Virus record (IMG/VR): IMGVR_UViG_3300009152_000041
Coordinates: 1,901-65,900 of that record
Direction: 5' to 3' (one strand)
DNA: 64,000 bases
Origin: a virus
A program made the position numbers and the translations under genes. The notes under the pieces were generated by a model that saw only the letters and a list, made by a program, of their open reading frames with translations, was not told the origin of the DNA and ran no database searches. Positions 1 through 8,078 of the stretch are shown piece after piece (positions within the stretch are counted from its first letter, which is position 1; the number at the start of each line of letters is the position of its first letter).

Positions 1-195
1 TTTTAATCTAGAGTAAGTTCGAAGAAATGTTATCTCTCCAACGGAGTTCCCAGCTGCATCCCTGTATCCAAATGGTGCAGACTTAGACCTATATGATTCT
101 ATGAAATCATCAGTTAACTTAAATAAGAACATAGAAGATTGCTTAGTGGCAATCGGTGTTAGATCTGGGTTTCCGTTTTCGATTTCTTCTGACAT
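1..195 (-). CDS. N-terminal fragment of a ribonucleotide-reductase-like protein (class II/NrdJ-like, tentative); continues past the left edge
   Basis: Not in the ORF track because it runs off the edge. ATG at 193-195 is preceded by TAAGGAGATAGC. Translation is MSEEIENGNPDLTPIATKQSSMFLFKLTDDFIESYRSKSAPFGYRDAAGNSVGEITFLRTYSRLK. The GE-x-TF-x-RTYSR stretch recalls the N-termini of B12-dependent RNRs (from memory, not searched). Confidence 0.4.
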   Translation of the reverse strand, partial: MSEEIENGNPDLTPIATKQSSMFLFKLTDDFIESYRSKSAPFGYRDAAGNSVGEITFLRTYSRLK

Positions 196-204
196 GCTAT
201 CTCC

Positions 205-909
205 TTATTTTGCTAATGCTAAAGTTTTTACGTACTTAGGGTTTAATTTTTCTATTTCTGTTTTCTTGATCTTTTTTATCTGATCATAATTATATACGTT
301 ATATATTTCTCTTTCGAAAAAATATCCACTTCTCCAGTTAAAAACTTTGTCTATTACATTCTTGTGATTTTGAAATACATTTGATATAACTGCACCACCA
401 TATATTCTAACTAGGTTTTGCATTTTCTTAGTTACGATATCTTTATTCTTGTCATTTAAATCACCGTTTTGTTCCGCCTGAGTATATAACCAATTAAAGC
501 TTTGTCTAGTTAATGGAGAGTAATCAATTGGATCGATGATGCCAATCGATAGTAACTCTTTTTGATTGGTTTGTATGTATAAATCTTTCTTAACTATTTC
601 TAAAAATAAAGAAAACCAATCTCTTTCCTTGTACTGATTCCAGGTAGGGCACCAAAATAGAATAAGGTGAACTGGATCAGGGATATTTGTTTTCTCCATA
701 GTTGGCAATAACATTGTGCAGGATATTGCTCTCTTTATATCTTCTTTACTTATGTCAGAATTCTTATTCTTGTTTTCAAGATTCATCCATAGTTTTGAAA
801 TGTGCGTTTTCCAATCTGCTTCACCTATATATAGGTTAAGATACTTTTCAGCAACATCTAATGGAAGGGCTTTGTCTCTAATTACTGTATTTAATTGATC
901 TAAAAACAT
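205..909 (-). CDS. hypothetical protein (234 aa)
   Basis: Intact ORF. The stop lies 9 nt before the next gene's ATG, and an SD sits between them. It lies downstream of the GC-rich terminator hairpin at 971-1002. No motif recognised. Confidence 0.6.
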   Translation of the reverse strand: MFLDQLNTVIRDKALPLDVAEKYLNLYIGEADWKTHISKLWMNLENKNKNSDISKEDIKRAISCTMLLPTMEKTNIPDPVHLILFWCPTWNQYKERDWFSLFLEIVKKDLYIQTNQKELLSIGIIDPIDYSPLTRQSFNWLYTQAEQNGDLNDKNKDIVTKKMQNLVRIYGGAVISNVFQNHKNVIDKVFNWRSGYFFEREIYNVYNYDQIKKIKKTEIEKLNPKYVKTLALAK

Positions 910-970
910 TTATAATCCTCATTAACCCTAGACAAAACTACAAAAACTTATATAAGAGACCCTTTAAAAC

Positions 971-1002
971 AGTTATCCCGCCCTGATTGGGGCGGGATAA
1001 CT
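971..1002 (-). terminator. rho-independent terminator candidate (13-bp GC-rich stem, 6-nt loop)
   Basis: agttatcccgccc / tgattg / gggcgggataact form a perfect inverted repeat in an intergenic gap. On the minus strand it is followed by GTTTTAAAGG. It lies about 80 nt downstream of the holin-like gene. Confidence 0.55.
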
Positions 1003-1081
1003 ATCTTACGCTAAGTAGATGCGTCGGTTTCCGTACTGACAAGTATATCAGTTAGGATTTTTTTATGTTGTGTTTAACTAA

Positions 1082-1285
1082 TTATTTCAAAGTTGCAGCG
1101 GAGTCCTTGTCTCCAATTTTTGTTGCTGCGAATCCCTTGATAACGCTAAGCCCTGCTGCTGCTGCAGCTGTTGCTGCTGCTTTAGCTTGATCAACTCCAC
1201 CGACTGTATAAACAGCGATAAATGTTTGTGCTGCAGTCCAAAGGGCTCTTTCGAGTACGTCTTTAATTAATTTTTGATCTGGCAT
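1082..1285 (-). CDS. holin-like small membrane protein (r1t-holin-like N-terminal motif)
   Basis: 67 aa. LERALWTAAQTFIAVY resembles the ERAxKTFAQ signature of r1t-type holins. A hydrophobic Ala-rich segment is present. It is the last gene of the structural operon. Confidence 0.45.
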   Translation of the reverse strand: MPDQKLIKDVLERALWTAAQTFIAVYTVGGVDQAKAAATAAAAAGLSVIKGFAATKIGDKDSAATLK

Positions 1286-1300
1286 TTGTTTCTCCTATTG

Positions 1301-1891
1301 TTAGAGGGCTTTTGCTGACGGTACACCTTTGTACTCACCAACTTTATTGCGACCGTATTCACTAGCAGTATTAGCTTGTCCGTAACCTGACTTCATTACC
1401 TCTGTTGAAGCAACACCGTCAAAGATATAGTTATTATAAAGACTGTATGCAGTTACTCTCTTGGCGTGACCCATACCTGCAAATGCTTCTGCTGAAGTAA
1501 CACCATCAAAAATGTAGTTACTGTAATTACCATAGTACAGGCTGCGCTTAGCATGTCCGCCAGCAAGTGCTCTTATATCAGCAAGTCCCTTATATTCAAA
1601 AGGACGGAATCTAGTTCCCTCATAGGTTGCTGTACCATCGGCAAATGTACCCGCTAAAGGTGTAGTTTGAGCATAGAGGGTAGAGCCATTGAAGAGCTGC
1701 GATAGCAGGACGTTACCTGGATAGTTGCCAGTTCCTGGAGTGTGATGATTATCGGGACCACCGTCTAATACATGACTACCGCCCTTAAGAGGGTAGTAAG
1801 AGTATGTGCCGACGACGCCCTTTGGGCCGATCATATCAGCAGTTGTGCGCCCCTTCAGTACTGGTCTTGGACCAACGTAGTAAGTTGCCAT
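1301..1891 (-). CDS. hypothetical structural protein with an internal 29-aa tandem repeat
   Basis: 196-aa ORF with AAGGAGA SD. Noticeably GC-richer than its neighbours. GHAKR...NYIFDGV is repeated twice. Confidence 0.6.
   Translation of the reverse strand: MATYYVGPRPVLKGRTTADMIGPKGVVGTYSYYPLKGGSHVLDGGPDNHHTPGTGNYPGNVLLSQLFNGSTLYAQTTPLAGTFADGTATYEGTRFRPFEYKGLADIRALAGGHAKRSLYYGNYSNYIFDGVTSAEAFAGMGHAKRVTAYSLYNNYIFDGVASTEVMKSGYGQANTASEYGRNKVGEYKGVPSAKAL
1385..1558 (-). repeat. protein-level tandem duplication (2 x 29 aa)
   Basis: aa 112-140 GHAKRSLYYGNYSNYIFDGVTSAEAFAGM versus aa 141-169 GHAKRVTAYSLYNNYIFDGVASTEVMKSG (about 15/29 identical). Confidence 0.6.
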
Positions 1892-1921
1892 TTTATAGTC
1901 TCCTTAAAAGAATAATGTGCT

Positions 1922-1931
1922 ATTTATAGTA
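1922..1931 (-). promoter_or_regulatory. candidate late-promoter box TACTATAAAT
   Basis: Intergenic, about 30 nt upstream of the 1891 ATG. Followed by TTCTTTTAAGGAG. Contains TATAAATA, the T4 late-promoter octamer. Confidence 0.3.
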
Positions 1932-1962
1932 AAATGAAATAGCTACTTATTAACTATTAAAA

Positions 1963-3231
1963 TTAGCTATAATTAACTATTAGATCAGATAGGACTGGAG
2001 CTGTTCCGTCCCCAAGCTGATTCAGGGTTACTTCTATCCAGACTGAAGACGAACCGGAAACCTCATCAAGTGTATAAACTCCGCTATCCTTATAGATTAC
2101 CCTATAGCTGAAAGCCGTAGATATTAACTCCTCAGGAACATTATACATCTTTGGTATGACCTCGTCTACTGAATAGATCAATGTTCCTTCTGGGGCGGTG
2201 AACTTGATTATTGTTCTTCCAGTTTCCAAGAACCTTTGCGATCTTACATCTAGATCAGATAAGCCATATGTATATACGTATTTACCATTTTCTAAAATAT
2301 AATTTCTTTGTCTCATATTTATTCTAATTGCAGTAATCTTTATTGGAGGGAAATAGAATCCCATCGGCCCAGCATTGAGTACTATGTCCGAACCGGATAT
2401 TGACCATCCACCTGGAGCAACTCTACCTATCGCATCAGATTCGCTATCATATAGTCTATTAAAGTTTAAGGGAGTCCATCCATCAGACTCTTCCAAAGAT
2501 GGCTCTACCTTTGTCGTGTACTCAATCGAAAGAATGTCTACTCCGAATAATGGATATGGGGATAAAGATAAATAGTTTGATGTATCGGATCCAGAATAGG
2601 CATTAGGGATCTTGTAGTAGGCAAACATTTGAGCGCCGGATCCCAAAGCTGAGTCGGCTATGATATTTCGTTTCCAGAATTTATCAGACCTATCTAAAAG
2701 TGCGTGAAACATTGGACTAGTATCCACTAGTGCACCAGGTGTATCAACACTAACAAAGTCATTCTTTATTTTTGTTTCTAGAAAATCTGGAATTGTTTGT
2801 TCTCCTAAGCCGCTAAAAAACTTAAGCTTAGAATAAGAAGAACCATCAACCTTTGGCAGTGTTATTAGATTATACACATGATCAAAACTAAGTGCTTCAG
2901 AACTTGAGAGTGCAAACTGTGCGTCACTAACAAAACCAGCTACATCTATTTGAGAATAGCTATATATAGAGAGTTTTTTATAAGGTGAATCAGTATTATA
3001 TTCAATTGCCTTTACCCTATCTTCTAGATCTGCTATAGCTCTAGAGATAAATAAATGATCTTTTAATACTCTTTCAAAAGCCTGACTCAACTTCTGATCC
3101 AATACACCAGATCTATTATAGAGGTGAACTAAATCTTGATAGTTCTGTTCTGCCCTCATGTTAAAGTCAGCACTATCTACAGGACCGTTGTACTGTATTG
3201 TTTTATTTTCTGTGTTTAGGTAATCTGACAT
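1963..3231 (-). CDS. fibre/baseplate-associated structural protein (422 aa), member of a local paralogous family
   Basis: Intact ORF. N-terminal helical region followed by an ...LITLPKV element, shared with the 741-, 718- and 878-aa neighbours. Confidence 0.55.
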   Translation of the reverse strand: MSDYLNTENKTIQYNGPVDSADFNMRAEQNYQDLVHLYNRSGVLDQKLSQAFERVLKDHLFISRAIADLEDRVKAIEYNTDSPYKKLSIYSYSQIDVAGFVSDAQFALSSSEALSFDHVYNLITLPKVDGSSYSKLKFFSGLGEQTIPDFLETKIKNDFVSVDTPGALVDTSPMFHALLDRSDKFWKRNIIADSALGSGAQMFAYYKIPNAYSGSDTSNYLSLSPYPLFGVDILSIEYTTKVEPSLEESDGWTPLNFNRLYDSESDAIGRVAPGGWSISGSDIVLNAGPMGFYFPPIKITAIRINMRQRNYILENGKYVYTYGLSDLDVRSQRFLETGRTIIKFTAPEGTLIYSVDEVIPKMYNVPEELISTAFSYRVIYKDSGVYTLDEVSGSSSVWIEVTLNQLGDGTAPVLSDLIVNYS

Positions 3232-3240
3232 TTTAATTAA

Positions 3241-3666
3241 TTATCCAGTCTGTTTTTCTAATTTATTAATTTTATAAAATAATCTTGACAAACTTCCGCC
3301 AATTGTATCTGTAGTTTCCAGGTAATCTATTGTATCACTTGCACTATAGTCGTACATCGAAATTGAATCAGTAGAAAGGTCATAGACTCTACCATAGTAT
3401 TCTTCACCAGTTATCTCATCTGAAATAGTTCGGATTTCATGGGTTTCATCTTTTTCCGCTCCTAGAAAAATCTTTACTTTATCAATTATAGCTGTATCAA
3501 GAAGTTCTAATTCTAAATACAGTCTGTTCATATCCATATAAACTTTTTGATTAAAGAGATTTTCCTGTCCGCTCTTCCTTGGAGATCTATAAAATGATCT
3601 AAACCTCTTAACTAATGGTTCTCTAATTATTTTTTTACTATTTGGATCTAGATAACTTATCGGCAT
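3241..3666 (-). CDS. hypothetical structural/assembly protein (141 aa)
   Basis: Intact ORF between fibre-like genes. No motif recognised. Confidence 0.5.
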   Translation of the reverse strand: MPISYLDPNSKKIIREPLVKRFRSFYRSPRKSGQENLFNQKVYMDMNRLYLELELLDTAIIDKVKIFLGAEKDETHEIRTISDEITGEEYYGRVYDLSTDSISMYDYSASDTIDYLETTDTIGGSLSRLFYKINKLEKQTG

Positions 3667-3682
3667 GTGTGTCTCCTACTTT

Positions 3683-3692
3683 GGATATAGTA
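3683..3692 (-). promoter_or_regulatory. candidate late-promoter box TACTATATCC
   Basis: In the 30-nt intergenic gap, about 17 nt upstream of the 3666 ATG and just before AGTAGGAGAC. Confidence 0.3.
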
Positions 3693-3696
3693 AACT

Positions 3697-5922
3697 TTAA
3701 TATTCACTTGTTGTTGAATTATTATCGGATAATTCATTTGCTGATATATCAGAATAATTTTCGGAATTCTTAAACTTTAATTTAAAATAATCAATAGTTG
3801 GAGAAGACAGCGGATTTCTACTTCTGGATATGTCGGCTCTAAATCTTAGAGCAGTTACTGGGTTTGGGTTGTTCGAATAATAAAATAATCTTGAATTACT
3901 GTTAATATTATCTCTGCACAAGATTTCTTTATTGCCGAAAAAATTTTCGACAGTAAACACCTTGTCGTATGTTGATCTGTTGACCTTAAACTCAATTGGG
4001 TCTACATAGCCGTAGTATTGACTATAAACTAAACCATAATCTAATAATGATTTAGAATCCATTAAACTGATTGAACCGTTTGCACTATCCTTTATATCTA
4101 TAGCTACCTTAATTGTGTTGATTCCCGCTTTGAAGTTCCATTCAATCAACTCTGAAGTTACCCCAGAAGGAACACTTGATGGCCTTCCATTTAGGTAGAC
4201 TGCAACATCCCAGCTCTTCGAAACGCTATCATTTTTAACCAACAAGTGTCTAATGGTGATATCATTAGCGCAGAATATTTTAGTTTCCAATAAAACGCTA
4301 ATTGATTTTAAGTTTGGACCAGAAAAAAATATAGAATTATTAGATATTTCATAAGATGGTATAGAGAATATTTGTCTAACACTTGATTTTCCAGATAAAA
4401 TATTTCCCCAAGTAGCTAAAGAATCGTTTTCATTATAAATACTATTTTGATAATTTATATAATTACCAGAAACTGAATTTATACCATCTAGTAGATAAGA
4501 ACTAACCGGGTTATCCAATTGATCAAGCTTTGCTATTCTATATATTGTTTGATTTGGATATAAATCAACTGTTGGATTTTGCTCATTTAAGTTCTTAGAA
4601 GTATTTTTTGAAACTAATGGTATTTTATTTAAAGAGTTTGTAGAGTTTTCTACACCATCTAATATCTTTTTTGATTTTAAAGAAGAGCCAGAAAAATTAA
4701 CTGTTGTAGAAAAAGAGTTTTGAGTACTTTGTTCTGAAGAAATTGGAATCCAAGAAAAATCAGATATTGATTGAGCGGACGCGTTATCTTCTGCTACAAA
4801 ATAATTAACTGAACCATCCTGTGAATTTTCTCCAACATCTATCGATACAGCGTCGATCACCAAGTTGCTATTGTCATTTGAATTTAATGATATCGGAGCA
4901 GATACAAACGATGCAGATTTATCATAGTATTGTCCACTTATAGCTATGTCTCTAATGCCATATCTATATCCATATCTGCTAGCTCTGTTGTCTTCTATGA
5001 CGTCTGGTTCTGTTTTAACAAAGAATATATCTATTGAACCAACGTTACCTGGATCAAAGCTAAAAGAAAATCTATCATAATCTTTAGTAGATTTTTTATT
5101 CAACACCTCAGACACCTTGTTGGGGTCGGTGTAGTTTACCTTCACGTAGATATCAGTTGGGGAAATAGTATTTAATCTTCCCTCTATCTTTGATAAGATA
5201 ACATTTTTAGCTATAGGTAAGTTGATTGAAAAGCTAACTAAGCCTATAGTGTCAAAATAAAATACGTTTTGCCATTCAGTATTTTCTAAACCATCAAAAA
5301 CAGATCCAAAAAAAGAATCGTCAGAAAACTTCTTATTTAAATCTATTTGCGTTTTATTAAAACTCAGAGAATATGTTGGTGCGCTTGCCACAACTGAACT
5401 AGTGGAAAGTAAATCAAAAACCGAAGACTTTAATGTTGGTAATGAAACTTTACCGTTAACTGTGTCGACAAAAGCTGAAGTATAATTTAGATCAGATCCA
5501 CTTGTTGAGGCAAAGTTGTCTGAGTATGCTGCATAGTATCCTTCTGAATTTTGATTAGCAAAAATTAAGTCATCCACTTTATTTTCTAACATCATTCTTT
5601 TAGACTTTAAGTTATTTAATCTTTTATTTAATGCTGTTGCTACAGTCATTAAATCATCAGAATTTTCAAATATAGAATCATACAAAACTTCTATATTAAA
5701 AAGAGTATGTAGCATCTTTTGATTAAAAATTTCAACTTGACCAAATGCCATCTGTCTAAATATTTGAGCATTTATATCTAATGGTTGCCCTGGCTCATAC
5801 TTAGAAAAGTACTTAGAAAAGAACTCTAATATTTCCTGCTCGTTAGGCTTGTTTCCACCAGCATAAAGGCTCTTGTATAAAGTGCTTAAGAATTTTTCCT
5901 TTTGTATATTGCTTATCGTCAT
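3697..5922 (-). CDS. large fibre-like structural protein (741 aa)
   Basis: Intact ORF. ATGA start/stop overlap with the upstream gene. Asn/Ser-rich. N-terminal module shared with the paralogues. Confidence 0.6.
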   Translation of the reverse strand: MTISNIQKEKFLSTLYKSLYAGGNKPNEQEILEFFSKYFSKYEPGQPLDINAQIFRQMAFGQVEIFNQKMLHTLFNIEVLYDSIFENSDDLMTVATALNKRLNNLKSKRMMLENKVDDLIFANQNSEGYYAAYSDNFASTSGSDLNYTSAFVDTVNGKVSLPTLKSSVFDLLSTSSVVASAPTYSLSFNKTQIDLNKKFSDDSFFGSVFDGLENTEWQNVFYFDTIGLVSFSINLPIAKNVILSKIEGRLNTISPTDIYVKVNYTDPNKVSEVLNKKSTKDYDRFSFSFDPGNVGSIDIFFVKTEPDVIEDNRASRYGYRYGIRDIAISGQYYDKSASFVSAPISLNSNDNSNLVIDAVSIDVGENSQDGSVNYFVAEDNASAQSISDFSWIPISSEQSTQNSFSTTVNFSGSSLKSKKILDGVENSTNSLNKIPLVSKNTSKNLNEQNPTVDLYPNQTIYRIAKLDQLDNPVSSYLLDGINSVSGNYINYQNSIYNENDSLATWGNILSGKSSVRQIFSIPSYEISNNSIFFSGPNLKSISVLLETKIFCANDITIRHLLVKNDSVSKSWDVAVYLNGRPSSVPSGVTSELIEWNFKAGINTIKVAIDIKDSANGSISLMDSKSLLDYGLVYSQYYGYVDPIEFKVNRSTYDKVFTVENFFGNKEILCRDNINSNSRLFYYSNNPNPVTALRFRADISRSRNPLSSPTIDYFKLKFKNSENYSDISANELSDNNSTTSEY

Positions 5923-8076
5923 AATTGCTCAACTCTTCCGGCTATTTGATATGAGTAAATAACAGGTGTAGTGTTTTCATATCTTGGTTTTTCTATATCA
6001 ATTTTTATTCTGATTGACTTTGTATCAGATGGTATGTCTGGAGAGTTGAAATATGAAACTCCCTTTACTTGACCAAAGCTTTCTATATTTTCATTAAATG
6101 ATAATATTTCAGGAATGCCATTGAACGGATCTTCTATCGGAGAAATTTGTATCCACTTTTTCCCGTCATCTATTGATATGTAATATTTAATGTAACTTAT
6201 ATTTGAGTTGCCACCCTGAAGGCTGAATACCGTATCAGAAGATACGGTTAAATTTTTTACATTGTAACCAAATACAAATGGCTTAGATATTAACTGAGCT
6301 TTTTGTGCATATACGCTATAGTTAACGTCTATAGATCTAAGTCCTATCGTAAATCTTTTAGCTGGATAAATTTCAAAATTTCTTTGAAGCAGGATGGAAG
6401 ACGTTGAATATTTAGGTGATAGATCTGACTTAATTGTTTCTACTGCTAAATCTTGAAAGTTAGAACCAGACCATTCTGCGTTTGATATTTTTGCCTGTAT
6501 ATATGTTTTTGCCGTTTCAGCAGCAATCAAGCTTTCGTATTGAAAAGCTAAAGTAATATCAGACACAGCTGCTAATTCTTGCTGCTTAGCCAAAGTCTGA
6601 TAGGCTATTGCTGGGTTTACGTAATAGTATTTTTGCAAAGATGGAGCTGCAGAAGAATTTAATCTCTTAAAAGTTACAACATGCCTCTCTATTTTTATGG
6701 CTTCTTTGTATGTGATATTAATCTTCTTTGTTGCAAGACTAGATTGATCTTTTGAAACATTGGGGCGCAAAATGCTTGGAACTAAATCTAAATAATTAAA
6801 TTGAACATCTTGAAAACCAATAGCACTAAGTCCAGCTGGATCAAATCTACTATTAGTATTTAGTGGAGCAAGAGATCCGGTATTTGAAAACGGTTTCCAA
6901 TACATGTGCTGCATTGTTATATCAGAGTAGTCTGATTGCTCTAACTTAACAGTTATTTCTGATGTAACTATTTCATTAAAGTAAACTACTGCTTTATTAT
7001 AGTAGTAATTTTTTTTAGATTCAATATTTTGAGGAATGAAATTAGAACCTATATAAAGCGGAGAATCTAAAAGCTCAACAGTTTGATTTGTTATTTTAGA
7101 AATTGCAGTTATAGAAGAAACTTTTAATTCAGAATATGGAGCTCCGACTTTGTCCAAAATAAGGAACTATAGATATAGAATTTGTTTTTTTTGAAGAATC
7201 TGTTCTTATTTTTAAGGTTAGCTTAAGTGGTTCTTTGAGAATTTTTTCTGACCAATTTTTATAAACAGTATCTGTTTTTCCATCTGTTGAGATTTTAGAA
7301 GAATATGTAAACTCAAAATCTTTTGCTCCGTTTTTATTTTTTAGTATTGGGTCTATGTATATTCCCTCATACTCAAAATATGTTAAAGGGTTAGAATCAG
7401 TTACGTTCTGCAAGAGTCCCACAGAGTTATTGTCCTGGAACATGTAACGATAGTTTGAATCTATATTCTCTTTCGCATACACCATATGATTATTCCCAAT
7501 GAATCCATTAGACTCTTTTTCATCAATTGAAATTGATCTAACGCTCCAAGCATTTGTGTCGATAACTGGAAGCGATGCGTTTCCGTTTCTAATCGATGCA
7601 ATGAGGTTTTTGGGTGTTTTTTCTACATCTATAAAATCCATATTCTCAAATGAGTCACCAAAGTAATACAGATCTTCACTAGGTGCTTCTGAGTAAGCCT
7701 GAAGTATTCTTACTTTTGACTTAATTCTATTAGCAAATTGGTTTTCTTTTTCTATTTCAGAGTTAAATAAATTATACAAAGATACCAACTGCGCACTCTG
7801 ATAATCAAGTTGCTTAGCTATTATGTTTAAATCATCTGCAACCCCAGAAATAAATGCATTGAACTTTTTAGAAGATGGTGGCTCACCTTTTATTACTTGA
7901 TTATATTTTGCTATTGGATCAGTCGAGTATTTATTTATCTCAGTTATGAGTATGTGAAATTCTTCTGACATATCTTCATATGAGCTAACTGTATTTTGGG
8001 AATACTTCCTTAGAAAGGATTGTACCTTCTTAATAAGCTGATCGTAGAATACTGTATTTGTAGATAGTTGAGCCAT
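5919..8076 (-). CDS. fibre-like structural protein, about 718 aa, formed by joining track ORFs 7129-8076 and 5919-7157 with a +1 shift at CGG 7144-7146
   Basis: The 0 frame reads ...GGA CAA AGT CGG AGC TCC ATA TTC TGA. The +1 frame after CGG-A reads GCT CCA TAT TCT GAA... (APYSELKVSS...). The downstream ORF has only a TTG start with no SD. 2158 nt minus 1 equals 3 x 719. Confidence 0.65.
7143..7146 (-). other. recoding site: in-frame CGG(A) at the 0 -> +1 frame transition
   Basis: CGG is codon 311 of ORF 7129-8076. The +1 frame opens only at 7166. The 0-frame stop lies 4 codons downstream. Confidence 0.6.
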
Positions 8077-8078
8077 TT

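Noticed and set aside
1301-1891. Diversity-generating retroelement target (internal repeat near a fibre-module C-terminus).
   Set aside because: The two repeats are in-frame protein duplications within one gene. Their differences are not adenine-specific. No reverse transcriptase or template repeat is present in the window.
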